Of a stretch of 64,000 nt of DNA, positions 1-53,422 are shown in pieces (positions within the stretch are counted from its first letter, which is position 1; every line of letters begins with the position of its first letter). The DNA lies in the NCBI GenBank assembly GCA_963693365.1, contig CAVNZM010000005.1:9776334-9840333 (forward strand). The letters are read 5' to 3'. A model generated the notes under the pieces. That model searched no databases, was not told where the DNA came from, and was given only the letters and a program-made list of their open reading frames with translations. The DNA is from Amoebidium appalachense. Taxonomy: Eukaryota; Protista; Ichthyosporea. The translations under genes were made by a program, and so were the position numbers.

Positions 1-10081
<10,081 letters not shown>

Positions 10082-10439
10082 TCTGTCTCTGTAGCAGCGG
10101 CAACCTCATGGCGTTGAAAATCCCAATGTATTCAAGCTAAGAGGGTGAACAAGATCTTACGGGGGCAGTGAATGTTGTTGCGTACTACGGATGTGGCATT
10201 GTACGCTCTGGCACGTTCACGTGGTGTCTATGTGTTTGTAGAAGGAGTCCTTCTGTAACATGTGTCTGCACCAAGTTCTATGAAACCTAGGCTATAACAC
10301 TACTGAGACTTATGCATGTGTAGTGTGCTCGCGGCCCAGCGAAAACTTCAACTCAAGCTGGACACGTTCTGTACTGTCCGTCCGCGGCCCTCCCTCCGTC
10401 GGCGAAGCGAAGTTTGTGCAAGCCCTGACCTTATTTATA

Positions 10440-10812
10440 GTCATCCAATAGGAAGACGGGAATCTTGAAAATGGCGCGCAAAAAAATCCAATAGGAGTGA
10501 AGCAGTCCGTTGCGCACCCGGACGGCCGCGCACCGGCAACAAGACTCGTCGCCCTGCAAGATTTCAAAGCTTTTTCTTACGATTATTATAAGAAATACTA
10601 CTGTATTCCACCATTCATACGTACATTTATGTTTGAGGCTGACACATATGCATACAGAGTGCCCAGAGTGCCCCCCCTGGTCGACCGTGGTTAGTCTAGC
10701 CAATCCAAAAGTGCCAAAGTTCTGTAATAACCATATAAGGGTAAATAACAAGGTGATTGGTTGCCGCGAAAGGAAGGTTGCGTCGGTGGCTCTCACATGG
10801 CCCAATAGGAAA
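10440..10812. promoter_or_regulatory. Bidirectional FAN1/ACAD10 promoter with a CCAAT-box cluster
   Basis: Microsatellite-free ~1 kb between divergent ATGs. CCAATAGGA at 10445, 10488 and 10802, CCAAT at 10700, ATTGG at 10756, and YY1-like AAAATGGCG at 10468. Confidence 0.6.
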
Positions 10813-11076
10813 CGCAGCCTCCAAATGCAATCAGCTTTTTTTTTCTTCAAGCCACAGCTCACTCCCTCAACACTTCACCAACCTCCGTTTTTTTATGTAG
10901 AAAGGTTCGACATTTCACCTAATGGCACACACATCCTAACAACCAAACGTAGGAATAACCCGTCCACCTTTTGCTGTGTGCTTCATACTTGGCATTCAGC
11001 CAACATCTTCCTTTCACATCATCACCCTACTACCTTCGGTGATAGCCGTTGGCGGGAAAGTGTTTAAGGTGAAGGA

Positions 11077-36122
<25,046 letters not shown>

Positions 36123-36233
36123 GTCTTGTAGGTGTGAGGGGGACTTTTAAAGCGCCATGGGTTTATAAGATGATTAAATTTTACAGTAAAATGTTGACTT
36201 TCGTTTTTCTTTTTTTCTGGGTGTGAAAGGTGG

Positions 36234-36267
<34 letters not shown>

Positions 36268-37540
36268 AGGATAAGCGAGAGTTGTAGAAGATCTTGTTAT
36301 TGATATTCTTTGTAAGGGTCATTATCAGAGCAGACCTCGAGTTCATTTATGTTACGCTTGCTGCCTGCTGTGGTGCCTAAAATGCACTACGGACACATTT
36401 TGTTATATTATGTACATGTGCTGTACGTACAATGGTTTAGTTTATACACGGTTTTGCTGTTCGAAAGCAATGTGTACTACGTACGTAGGCTCTGTAGGCC
36501 CCTTTTACTGATTGTTACATAGTGTTCTACCGAGTGCATGTGAATTCGCTAATGAATAGGCTATAATATATAAGCCAGCCAACCATAATCAAATAAAAAT
36601 TAATATGAACTCATGCCGCTTTATCACAAGCGTACCTGTGCTGTCTGTTCAGGCCATGAAGGTTCTGTATGTGCCATTTACGTTGTGTACGTCCGATGGG
36701 TGTGTGTTTTACTGCTAACACCCGTTTTGATGGTGGCTGTCCCGTGTTTTGGTTCCCAGGGTAGGCTCCTTGCGATTGGGAGCCCCCCATAGGAGCTACC
36801 GTCGTCCACTCAGCGCGTCCACTCAGCACCAATTGTAATCGTATTCAGGGCGCTAGTGGTGCAGTCAGCCACAAATAACTACTATGTTGGTTAGTGCACC
36901 TTTTAGCCCAGGTTTTTGTTGTTTTCTCCACATGAGAAAGGAAAGACAAAAAAAGTTCAAAACCAAGCCTCGAGCTCACTTACGTTATCGCATGACCGTG
37001 CGCACTTGCTAAATAAGGCTATATTGATGCGCGCTAAACCAATAGGAGTGTAGGATTTATCTGATTGGTAGCCTGAACGGGATATCTGGAAAGTGGGCAT
37101 GCGGTGACGTCTTCGCCGGAGTTCACAGTGACCAGAAGATCGAAAAAGTGAAACATGAGAAATACATAAACTTTTCAGGAGCCTTTAGTATGTTGATATG
37201 GTAAAGGAGTGTGTTAGAACTGAACTGTATGAATTGCTACCGAAGAAAACTTGGCATCGTTTGGAAGTGCTCTGTTAGATTCAAGTACACGCTCGATCAC
37301 TTGGTCCGAGCCACACTAAAACACTTATTTAGGGAGATATTTAGGCTCAAATTTAAAGCTCAAGATTTGGTCTGTATGTTTAGTAGAATGCACCCACCAG
37401 ACATCCGGGATCCCCGGTGCCGAGAAACTTGAGAGATTAGTCCTAATACGTAAAAAGTGAAGGGGTTTTGTAGGACATTTTATAAGTGTAAGCATTCGAC
37501 AGTTTTCGGCCCAGGACCACGTCATTGAGCTTTAAAAAAA

Positions 37541-43762
<6,222 letters not shown>

Positions 43763-44954
43763 GACGTCGGATGATTTCTACCCAATAGACGTCGACCCGT
43801 TCTTTACGACGTCGGATGATTTCTACCCAATAGACGTCGACCCTTTCTTTACGACGTCGGATGATTTCTACCCATTAGACTTCGGCCCTTTCTTTAAGAC
43901 GTCTGTAATTTCTACCCAATAGACGGCAACCCCTACCGCCACAGGCATGCACACGAACCTCAGTGTTTCTTTAAACGTCGGATGATTTCTACCCAATAGG
44001 TGTCGACCCTTTCCTGAAGACATCGGATGATTTCTACCCAAAAGACGGCAACCCCTACCGCCACAGTATGCACGTGAGCCTCGGTTTTTTCTTTAAGACC
44101 TCGATCACAATCCATGCACACGAGCGTCGGTGTTTTCTATAAGAAACCGGCTGAATAGGCCCTTGCCGTACGTGTTACAGGCTGCACACAAAGCCTCGGT
44201 GTTTTCTTTCATATCTAGGCCGGCATTTTGCTGGTGATATGATGTGGACTTCGGTCAGACGTCAGTGCGTTTTTAGCATGAATGCGAATCGCCCACCTCA
44301 CAGACGACACCGTTTTGTTTATATCTTACCGAGTATAATGATTGATTTTGCCTATGTATGTCTTTAGGTTTATCTTGCTTTTAGGAAGCACGATACAAAG
44401 TGTGCCGTTAAAACGTTATCCCAGCTTAGTAATTAGGGTCATTGACATGTATGCATGTAGGATACTATTTGAATTTGAAACCACATGAATGAAATAATAA
44501 TGACATGTACAAATGATGCGAATGACGGTGTTCATGGTTCTAATAAAATACGGGGACTTATATGAGAAGATTCTGACATTTTCATTCTAGAAGCAGGTGA
44601 ATGTCTAGGTCACCGACATTTTGAGCAGATTTAAGTGGGTGCACTTATGCATTGGTCACTCCCTTTTGGTTTTCCAACCCCTCCCTCCCCCCCCCCTCCC
44701 CCTCCCCAACCCCCTATTTCCCCCTCGTTTTATTTCCCCCACCCCCCCCACCCCCCCCACCTTTTGAAGGTTTTTTTCGCGCGCAGACGGATGTGTGCTA
44801 TAAGTTGAATGGTGTGTACACAACTGATACGAGTCATTCAATGACGCAAACGAACAGCAGCAGCAATAAACTGCAGCAACAACATGGTGCGTGCCAGCCC
44901 CCCCTCCCCCTCCTCCCCTTTCTTCCCCCCCCCCCCCCACACACACACACACCC

Positions 44955-45029
<75 letters not shown>

Positions 45030-45227
45030 CACACATGTACAAACACATAAAGCGAACGGTGGGGGGGGTGGGAACGTTCAGGCAAGGGAAGGGGGGGGGG
45101 GGAGGGGGAGGGGGGGGAGCATGTCCGTTTATGGTTGTTTTCTATAAACCCACTGGTGCCGTGTAGCTGGGTTATCAAGCGAAGGCACTTTTGGCCTGCT
45201 GCACATATGATATGGGGTAACATGTGT

Positions 45228-45496
45228 GGGGTTTACGCTGTTTACTCGAGGCAAAGAGAAAACAGTCTCAGGTATTGGGGGGATTTTTGCTCGGAATATC
45301 CCCTCAGCGGTATATCATGATCACGTACATAGATGTCGGGTGATGACTATATATCAGGGTTTACTTTCTCTACGAGACACCATAAAGACTACAAAGAGAA
45401 ATCAATTAGTTGGGGTTCCCCCATTTATTTTTTTTATTTTTTTTATTTTTATTTTTTATTTTAAGGGGCTCCCCTGGGACACTCGGTATCAGCTGG

Positions 45497-45553
<57 letters not shown>

Positions 45554-46585
45554 CGCGTGCGCTAGAATTTTGTAGTGATGTGTTTCTCAAGCCAATCAAT
45601 ACATCTAATAAACAGGTCGTAGTTACGCGTGTTTAGTATAAAATCAAGGATGATGTAATTTACAGGTAGGCTATCTTTCTGGGTGTCTGTTGTGAATGTG
45701 ACCTGTGTGTGTTGCGGTATTATGTGGTCTATCAAACTACATTTGGCGATACATGACCGGTTAAACTGGTGTGTGTGTGTGTTGTTTGGGCATGCAAATG
45801 ATGCCACCTTATACTTATTAGATCTCCACTGTATAGCACGTGTACGGTAAAAGCGTGGTAATTGATCAATAATACCATCAGCTAGAGAAAGACCGGTTCT
45901 ACAGGAAGGTAATATGTATTTAAGTGTTATACATTTGCGAGTGCCATATTTGGCAATATGGTTGAGGCGGTCAGTATATATAAAACGAGACATAAGGCTT
46001 AGTTTTTCAAGGTGTATGCTTTCATCGGGTCTAGTGTCGTGTGGTATCTTTTTCCATTTGTTATATTGCGTGATTATCTTGTGATTGTGTACATGTTTAA
46101 TAAGTAAGTGGCAGTCCAAAGTCACACACACACTTTTGCGGGGTTTATTTGTATTTGTGCCCAGGGGAGAAGGGGAGAGAGAGGGAAGGAAAGAGGGGAG
46201 AGGTGAGGAGGGGACAGGTCGGATAGAGAAGAGAGGGTGGGAGGGCAAATACTTCTTTAAGCGGCTTATGTGCTTATTGAATTTCAGCGCGAGATAGGAT
46301 ACTCTAGCAGCTATTGGGACCAGACCATATATCGAGAGCGTTACAGGCCCAGGTTTACAACAGTTGTTAGATAGAATGGAGGCAACTTCTGCTTCAAGGA
46401 AATTTGCCAAGGGTTTAAGCGCTCTAGTTCTCTCTTTCTTGATCCAAGCGGCGAGAAGGGGTAACCCATATTCACATGCCGGGAAGACAAAAGTGCGAAT
46501 AAATGTAAGTCTAATAGAAGGATGGAGGGGTGTGTCTTTAAAAATATTAGCCGAGAAGAAAGCTAACCGCTTGCGAGCCAACTCT
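45228..46585 (-). mobile_element. 5'-truncated non-LTR retrotransposon (RT thumb, Cys/His C-terminus, 3' UTR), copy A
   Basis: RLTFIRTFVFPACEYG is a LINE-type thumb motif. IQWRSN...C...FNRSCIAKC and LDFILN are shared with the RT at 55614-57394. The stop at 45562 is followed by (CG)(CA)n. Confidence 0.8.
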
Positions 46586-47085
46586 AGTACATGTGGGGGT
46601 TGAATACCCGAACAATATTCCTACTTTTTTAGTCGTTTTATAACAACCTTTTCAAAATTTCCCGCCCAAATTTCCATATTTGGCATTCCTACTTTTTTTC
46701 CTGTATTTTATGCCTACTTTTTTAGTCGATTTATGAAACCCCTTTTTTCCCGGCAAAACTTCCCGCTCAAATTTCCATACTTGTGTAATCAGTCAGATTG
46801 CACGCAAATAAATGGTCAAATGATGCATTTTTTTTGGAGATTATGTTACTGATTAGGGCCTACTTTTTCAGTCGTTTTATTATGTGTGTGCGTGTCTTCC
46901 AATACATAAGGGGAGGGATGAGGAAGGAGCGTATCGATACATGTGTGTGGAGGCTCTCTGACCTGGGTGCCGGTGGGCGGGAGATAATGAATTATTGCCA
47001 CGTGTGTGTGTGTGTGACTGTGCGCGCGCGCATGTGTACACACGTGTTTGTGTTATTGTGTGTTTGTGTGACACTGTGCCTGCAC

Positions 47086-47144
<59 letters not shown>

Positions 47145-47437
47145 TGAGTGTGTGTGTGTGTGTGTGATTATTATTATTATTGTTTTTATTTTATTTTTTT
47201 GGGGCCGGGGGGGGGGGGGGGGGGGGGAGGAGGTAACTATAATAATCTAACATGTCCTACGTGGGAAAGGGGGGGGGGGGGGGGGGGGGAGAGAAGAAAG
47301 GGACGTGGGAGGGATTGGGGGTTCTGGAGTTGAACAGGTTTCAGAGTATGAAAGTACATATTTCACGATTGGACAAACCATTGCAGATCATGTAAGTAAA
47401 AAGCACCCACGAAGGAGTCAGGAGGGAGGGAGGGAGA

Positions 47438-47476
<39 letters not shown>

Positions 47477-47544
47477 TGATTGAGCAAGTATCATTACTGC
47501 ACTTACTCTATAGTTTCTCCCCATCAAGTTCCAACATTTACATA

Positions 47545-47577
<33 letters not shown>

Positions 47578-48032
47578 AGCTAGGGTAGGAACCGGTTATG
47601 GGCAGGTGTGTGGGTATTAGGCATGTTGTCAAGTAGTTATGGTACGCCGCAACAAGCGCATTTTTAATTCTTAGGAAACACTGGCATATTATACGTAGAG
47701 CCAGTGTAGAAGTGACACCCATTTAGGTGTGACCAAAGAGGGAAGGGGAAAGAGAAACAAATGGGATGCGTCGTGCAAGAAGCAGACAAGGAAAAGGGAA
47801 ATAATCTCCGATACATTCAACTACCACGTAACCGAATATTTGATTACACAAAGGACTTTAATTTATATTCAAATCCGCATTTTAATTAAAAATTATTTAC
47901 ACAAAGGATTTTAGTGGGGTTGATGCGTGAAAACGTCCGACTCATCTGATATACATGGTGCATGAAACGAAGTTAGGTTGATGCTCCGAGTCACTGAACT
48001 ACAAATGATTATAATAAACCATCCCCCCTCCC

Positions 48033-48063
<31 letters not shown>

Positions 48064-48555
48064 AATAAAAAATAAAAATAAAAATAAAATAATATAAAAA
48101 TAAAATAAAATAAAATAACACGGCATTTCATCATACCAACATTCGTGCAACCTACGTTAAGTAGTAGCCTGTGTGATTTGTGACGATACATTATGATGTG
48201 TGCATGCACATGCGTTGTCTGTGCGTTACTAATTAATATACGTGTGTGTGTGCGTGCCTATACATAAACCGTGTGTGTGCATGTGCATTCTTGCGGACTA
48301 GCTAACGTATGCGTCACGTACGTGTGCATGTGTGTGCGCAACTGTGTGTGACACTCGCACACACCTGTACACGTCTGCTTGTGTGCTTGTGGATCTATGC
48401 ATGCATCCACACGTACACGACGAAAAAGGGTCTACTACCTAGCACGTGAACCCCAACACACCATCTTCCAAACCCCATTTAAGCTTACCACCACATGTAC
48501 AGTAACTCAATTAATAATTATAGCCATGTGCATCACAACGGCTCTTAAAAGCTCT

Positions 48556-49394
48556 AATTTCCCTGAAGCAGAAGTTGCCTCCTTTCTATCTAACAACTGT
48601 TGTAAACCTGGGCCTGTAACGCTCTCGATATATGGTCTGGTCCCAATAGCTGCTAGAGTATCCTATCTCGCGCTGAAATTCAATAAGCACATAAGCCGCT
48701 TAAAGAAGTATCTGCCCTCCCACCCTCTCTTCTCTATCCGACCTGTCCCCTCCTCACCTCTCCCCTCTTTCCTCCCTTCTCCCCTGGGCACAAATACAAA
48801 TAAACCCCGCAATAGTGTGTGTGTGACTTTGGACTGCCACTTATTTATTAAACATGTACGCAATCACAAGATAATCACGCAATATAACAAATGGAAAAAG
48901 ATACCACACGACACTAGACCCGATGAAAGCATACACCTTGAAAAACTAAGCCTTATGTCTCGTTTTATATATACTGACCGCCTCAACCATATTGCCAAAT
49001 ATGGCACTCGCAAATGTATAACACCTAAATACATATTACCTTCCTGTAGAACCGGTCTTTCTCTAGCTGATGGTATTATTGATCAATTACCACGCTTTTA
49101 CCGTACACGTGCTATACAGTGGAGATCTAATAAGTATAAGGTGGCATCATTTGCATGCCCAAACAACACACACACACACCAGTTTAACCGGTCATGTATC
49201 GCCAAATGTAGTTTGATAGACCACATAATACCGCAACACACACACGTCACATTCACAACAGACACCCAGAAAGATAGCCTACCTGTAAATTACAACATCC
49301 TTGATTTTATACTAAACACTCTCAACTACGACCTGTTTATTAGATGTATTGATTGGCTTGAGAAACACATCACTACAAAATTCTAGCGCACACG

Positions 49395-49461
<67 letters not shown>

Positions 49462-49491
49462 CCAGCTGATACCGAGTGTCCCAGGGGAGCC

Positions 49492-49541
<50 letters not shown>

Positions 49542-49740
49542 GGGGAACCCCAACTAATTGATTTCTCCTTGTAGTCTTTATGGTGTCTCGTAGAGAAAGT
49601 AGGCCTAAACCCTGATATATAGTCATCACCCGACATCTATGTACGTGATCATGATATACCGCTGAGGGGATATTCCGAGCAAACCCCCCCCCATACCTGA
49701 GACTGGTTTCTCTTTGCCTCGAGTAAACAGCGTAAACCCC
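48556..49740 (+). mobile_element. 5'-truncated non-LTR retrotransposon, copy B, inverted relative to copy A
   Basis: Near-identical reverse complement of 45228-46404, including the 3' UTR up to ...CAGCGTAAACCCC. Confidence 0.85.
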
Positions 49741-49898
49741 CTTGTCTATTTCCTATATCTAGTATACGTAACTGCAGTAACACTTTACATTTCGGTAGCA
49801 TCACTGACTTCTCCAGAGGTCCGGCAGACGTGTTGCATCCCTCAACCCCCAGAAACTCCGCCGATTCAGTCTGGCCCTTGACCGGGCTGCTGGATCTA

Positions 49899-50248
49899 TC
49901 AATGGCCCTCATTTTTGTTTTTGCGCTGTGTAGGGATTGGGTTACATATTTGTCAGTATCCTGGCGTGTTTACCATGTATGGTGTTCATGAAGTGCAAGG
50001 CATGTATCTACCTATACGACCCCTGAGCGCTTCTTTGCGGCAAACTCAAAAAAATTATCATTCTTTTTAGATCATAAATACACCGTGTAAGTCGCGCCTT
50101 CCCAGCAAAAAAGTCATGTGTGTAAATGTTCACACCAGTAAGTCAATACACTTTGATTGACACCTGGTTTTTTTTGACTCAGAGCTTAATGAACCTTGCT
50201 AATGTGCATGCGTGCAGCTGCATGTGTTGGGTGGGGGGGCTAGTGTGT

Positions 50249-50299
<51 letters not shown>

Positions 50300-50355
50300 C
50301 GCGCGCGTGCGTGCGTGCGTGTGTGTAACAGTTGTCGTGTGTCTTTTTTTTTTCT

Positions 50356-50392
<37 letters not shown>

Positions 50393-52955
50393 GTCAGAAT
50401 GCGTACCTCCGTATCAATGACACGCCACAACTCTGCATCCGAGCCATCTTCCAACATGGGCATGGCATGAAACTCACGCAGTTTCGGGCACTCCATCGTT
50501 GTAAGTGCCCCCACACTCGCATGTGTCATGTCCCAAAGCGCAAGCTCAGTGAGCGATACATGCCCGGCCAAAGAAGAAACGTCGACACCGGGAAGGCTGT
50601 TCAGGTGAATAGTCTCCAGGCCGGGGCATTGGTTCAGGGCGCTAATGTCGCGCATGTTTGGCATCGCGCCCAGAAAAACAGAACTCAAAAACGTGCAGTT
50701 TGCTAGCGGCGCGACGCTCTCGAGTTTTTCCGAAAATAACAGAGAAAGCCGGCGAATGGGTAGTCCAACCAACCCGTCAATGTTGGAAAGAAAGCGGGTG
50801 TGCACTGTTAACTTCCGGAGGTTGGTGCACCCAACGATACCACTCAGGTCTTTCAATCTGCATTCTTGTGACGCGGTGCCGTGCTTGCGCTTGAGGGAAA
50901 CGCTAACCTCTTTCACCGCGCTACCGGCTAATGCGCTGATGTCGGCGAGGTTTGCGCCACCTTTGATCACTACCGACTGCAACCTCGATAGGCCCTGTGG
51001 TGGCGCTGCGCCGAGACTCGCCATACTCATGCCCGAGAGGGTAAGAGTGCGCATGCGAGGATGATGGGCAAGATTCACAACATCACCATCGCCCAATTCG
51101 GCCGACAAATCGCATTTCCACAGGCATAGGTCCTCAATCCGTTTCATGTCCCGCAACTGCACGCTTGCGTTTGGCCATTGCACACGGGTCAGATCTAACC
51201 GCCGCACGTGACCGGTAGTAGGGAAGTCGACCTCGAGTGTTTGCTTGGTTGCCGTTTTCGACGGTCCCATTAGCGTGATGCTGGTAAGATAAGAAGAGCG
51301 GAAGGAAAAGTGGCCTGAAAGTGGGGCTACATGTATCTTGCAAAGGTTTGGAAGGTCCGGCAATGTATTGATTGTGTGCCTATCGTTGATGCTTGACAGA
51401 TGAACTTTCAGGGTTTCAATGTGTTTGCATGAAGAAAGTGGGGAGAGATCGACAATGCCCCCATCATGGCTAGAATGACACACGATCAAAAGGGTCAATG
51501 ACCTCAGCTTCGTACACCCAGTTATTGCTTGCACAAACCGTGGGACATTACCAAGAGAGGGAGTCCCCTCCACACACAAATTAGTAATGTTCGGCAGGTT
51601 TTCGAGAAAAGACGACCGAAGGCCAAAACTACCGGCAAAATTCTCATAGACGCAGTCCACCGCGCTGAATGCGCGCATGTTGGGGTTTGCCGCATGCATG
51701 ACTGTCACGGGAATTAGACAATGATTCAAGTCGAGCGCAACCAGGTTTGGGCAGAATCGCCACACCGCATCGACACATTTTGGCCCCAGGTAGACATTAT
51801 CCATGGTGCGTTTCCTTGTCGTCGGCAGGGTGACCCGCCGCAGAGACCCGCCCATCTGCTTGAGAACAATGAGCAGGCACGTGTCGTGTAAAGTACCAGG
51901 CATCTCTTCAACATCCCCATCGACCCATACCAATGATGCAATGTTCGGAGCCGCTGCCAGCCTACCCGCCAAGCACCTAATCTCAGATTCGAATTCTCTG
52001 TCCGTACGCGTAAATATTGTGTCGAGGCCAAACTCCTGGCACAAACCTGCAAATTCAATGTGAACGCTACCGATTGCTGATGCCCATCCTTCGAGAAACG
52101 GAGAGAGTTTCTTTCTCCAGTGTTTAGCTTGGTCCCCGGGCGGCAACTGCAGTGTGATTGTACCGGGAAGAGAACCGCGGGCCCAATGGGCCATGTAGCG
52201 GCATGTCTGCGACAGTCGGGCCCTGTCTTTGAGCCCCAAAAAGCTGATGATGTGTGCTTGAGTCTCGGGTGGGAGGTCGGCTATGGGGCAGCCTGTGGAA
52301 TGGAGGTTTCAGTACGTGCTGTGCATGCAAGATGTGCTGGGGTGATGAATGAGGGGCTGGAAGGGGGAGGAGGAGGGGCAGGGGGGGGGAAGGAGGAAGG
52401 GGAAGAGGAGGGAGGGGGGGAAGGAGGAAGGGGAAGAGGAGGGAGGGGGAGGGGGGGTTGGGGGGGGAAGAAAGGGGAAGGGTGGGGTTGGGGAGGGGGG
52501 GGAAGAGGGGGGTTTCCTCTTGTGCTTGTGTGTGCGAGTTTGCATGAGCGCTTGTGTGAGAGAAACCGTGTTGGGATATGCACAAACCCCTGCATGCACA
52601 CACATTTCAAATAGGAGGAAGAGTGGATATCAAAGGGACATACGTGTAGGCAAGCAGTGGAGAGAGACGATTGAGGGTGCCTGTGTGTGCGCCTTTTGGG
52701 GGTAGGCGGAGGAGGAAAGGCGCGCGCGGGGGAAGGGGGGGGGGGGGGGGGGAGTTGGCAAGCCCAGGTGTGCAGATGACCATACACACGACCACATGTG
52801 ACGTCGAACGTATGCATACATAAGCATTTGTCAGGAGCACAACCACATACACAACGAAGATGTTAAACATGAGCTCAGCATCGAACTCGTGTCAAATACA
52901 AGGCACCACTCACACATAATTACACAATGAACCGCCCGCGCACACACGCAAGCAC

Positions 52956-52990
<35 letters not shown>

Positions 52991-53376
52991 CCTACGCACG
53001 TTTGCAGCACAGAACAAGCAAGTTCAGTCACCCACCACAAAAAAACATTGCCAGCACGTGTGTAGACACAACCCAAACACACAATTACTAAAACACACAC
53101 ACATCTCCCTTCTTTCTTTCGTAACGAACGACGGAACTACCAGAGTAAAAGCAGAAAACGATCAAACGATTACTGAGTTCATTAGGGCGCGGAGAGCTGA
53201 GGGAGGGAGGAGTCCGGGGGGTAGGGGGGGGGGAAGGGGGGGGGGGGGGGGGGGGGGGGGGGAAGCCAAACTAAAGAGCGCAACACCTGTTCACACGCTA
53301 CATTTACAAAGCACAAGAGCTCACCTGAGTGTGGACCTGCAGGCATTAGGAGGGCGGAGACAAAACTGGGCGCCAT
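49899..53376 (-). CDS. F-box / leucine-rich-repeat protein
   Basis: Exon 53376-53325 (MAPSFVS..., phase 1) joins the large exon 52292-50407, which begins GCPIADLPPETQAHIISFLGLKDRARLSQTCR (F-box) and continues with LRRs (LSPLSSCKHIETLKV, ISALNQCPGLETIHL). The last exon, 49925-49899, is tentative. Confidence 0.8.
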
Positions 53377-53422
53377 GGTTGCGTGGTGGTGACCGGAGAG
53401 AGGGAACTAAGTAACAGCCGCT

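Noticed and set aside
48379-48555. N-terminus of the 335-aa ORF as a real gene
   Set aside because: It is chance read-through from flanking DNA into the truncated LINE copy B. Identity to copy A begins only at ~48556.
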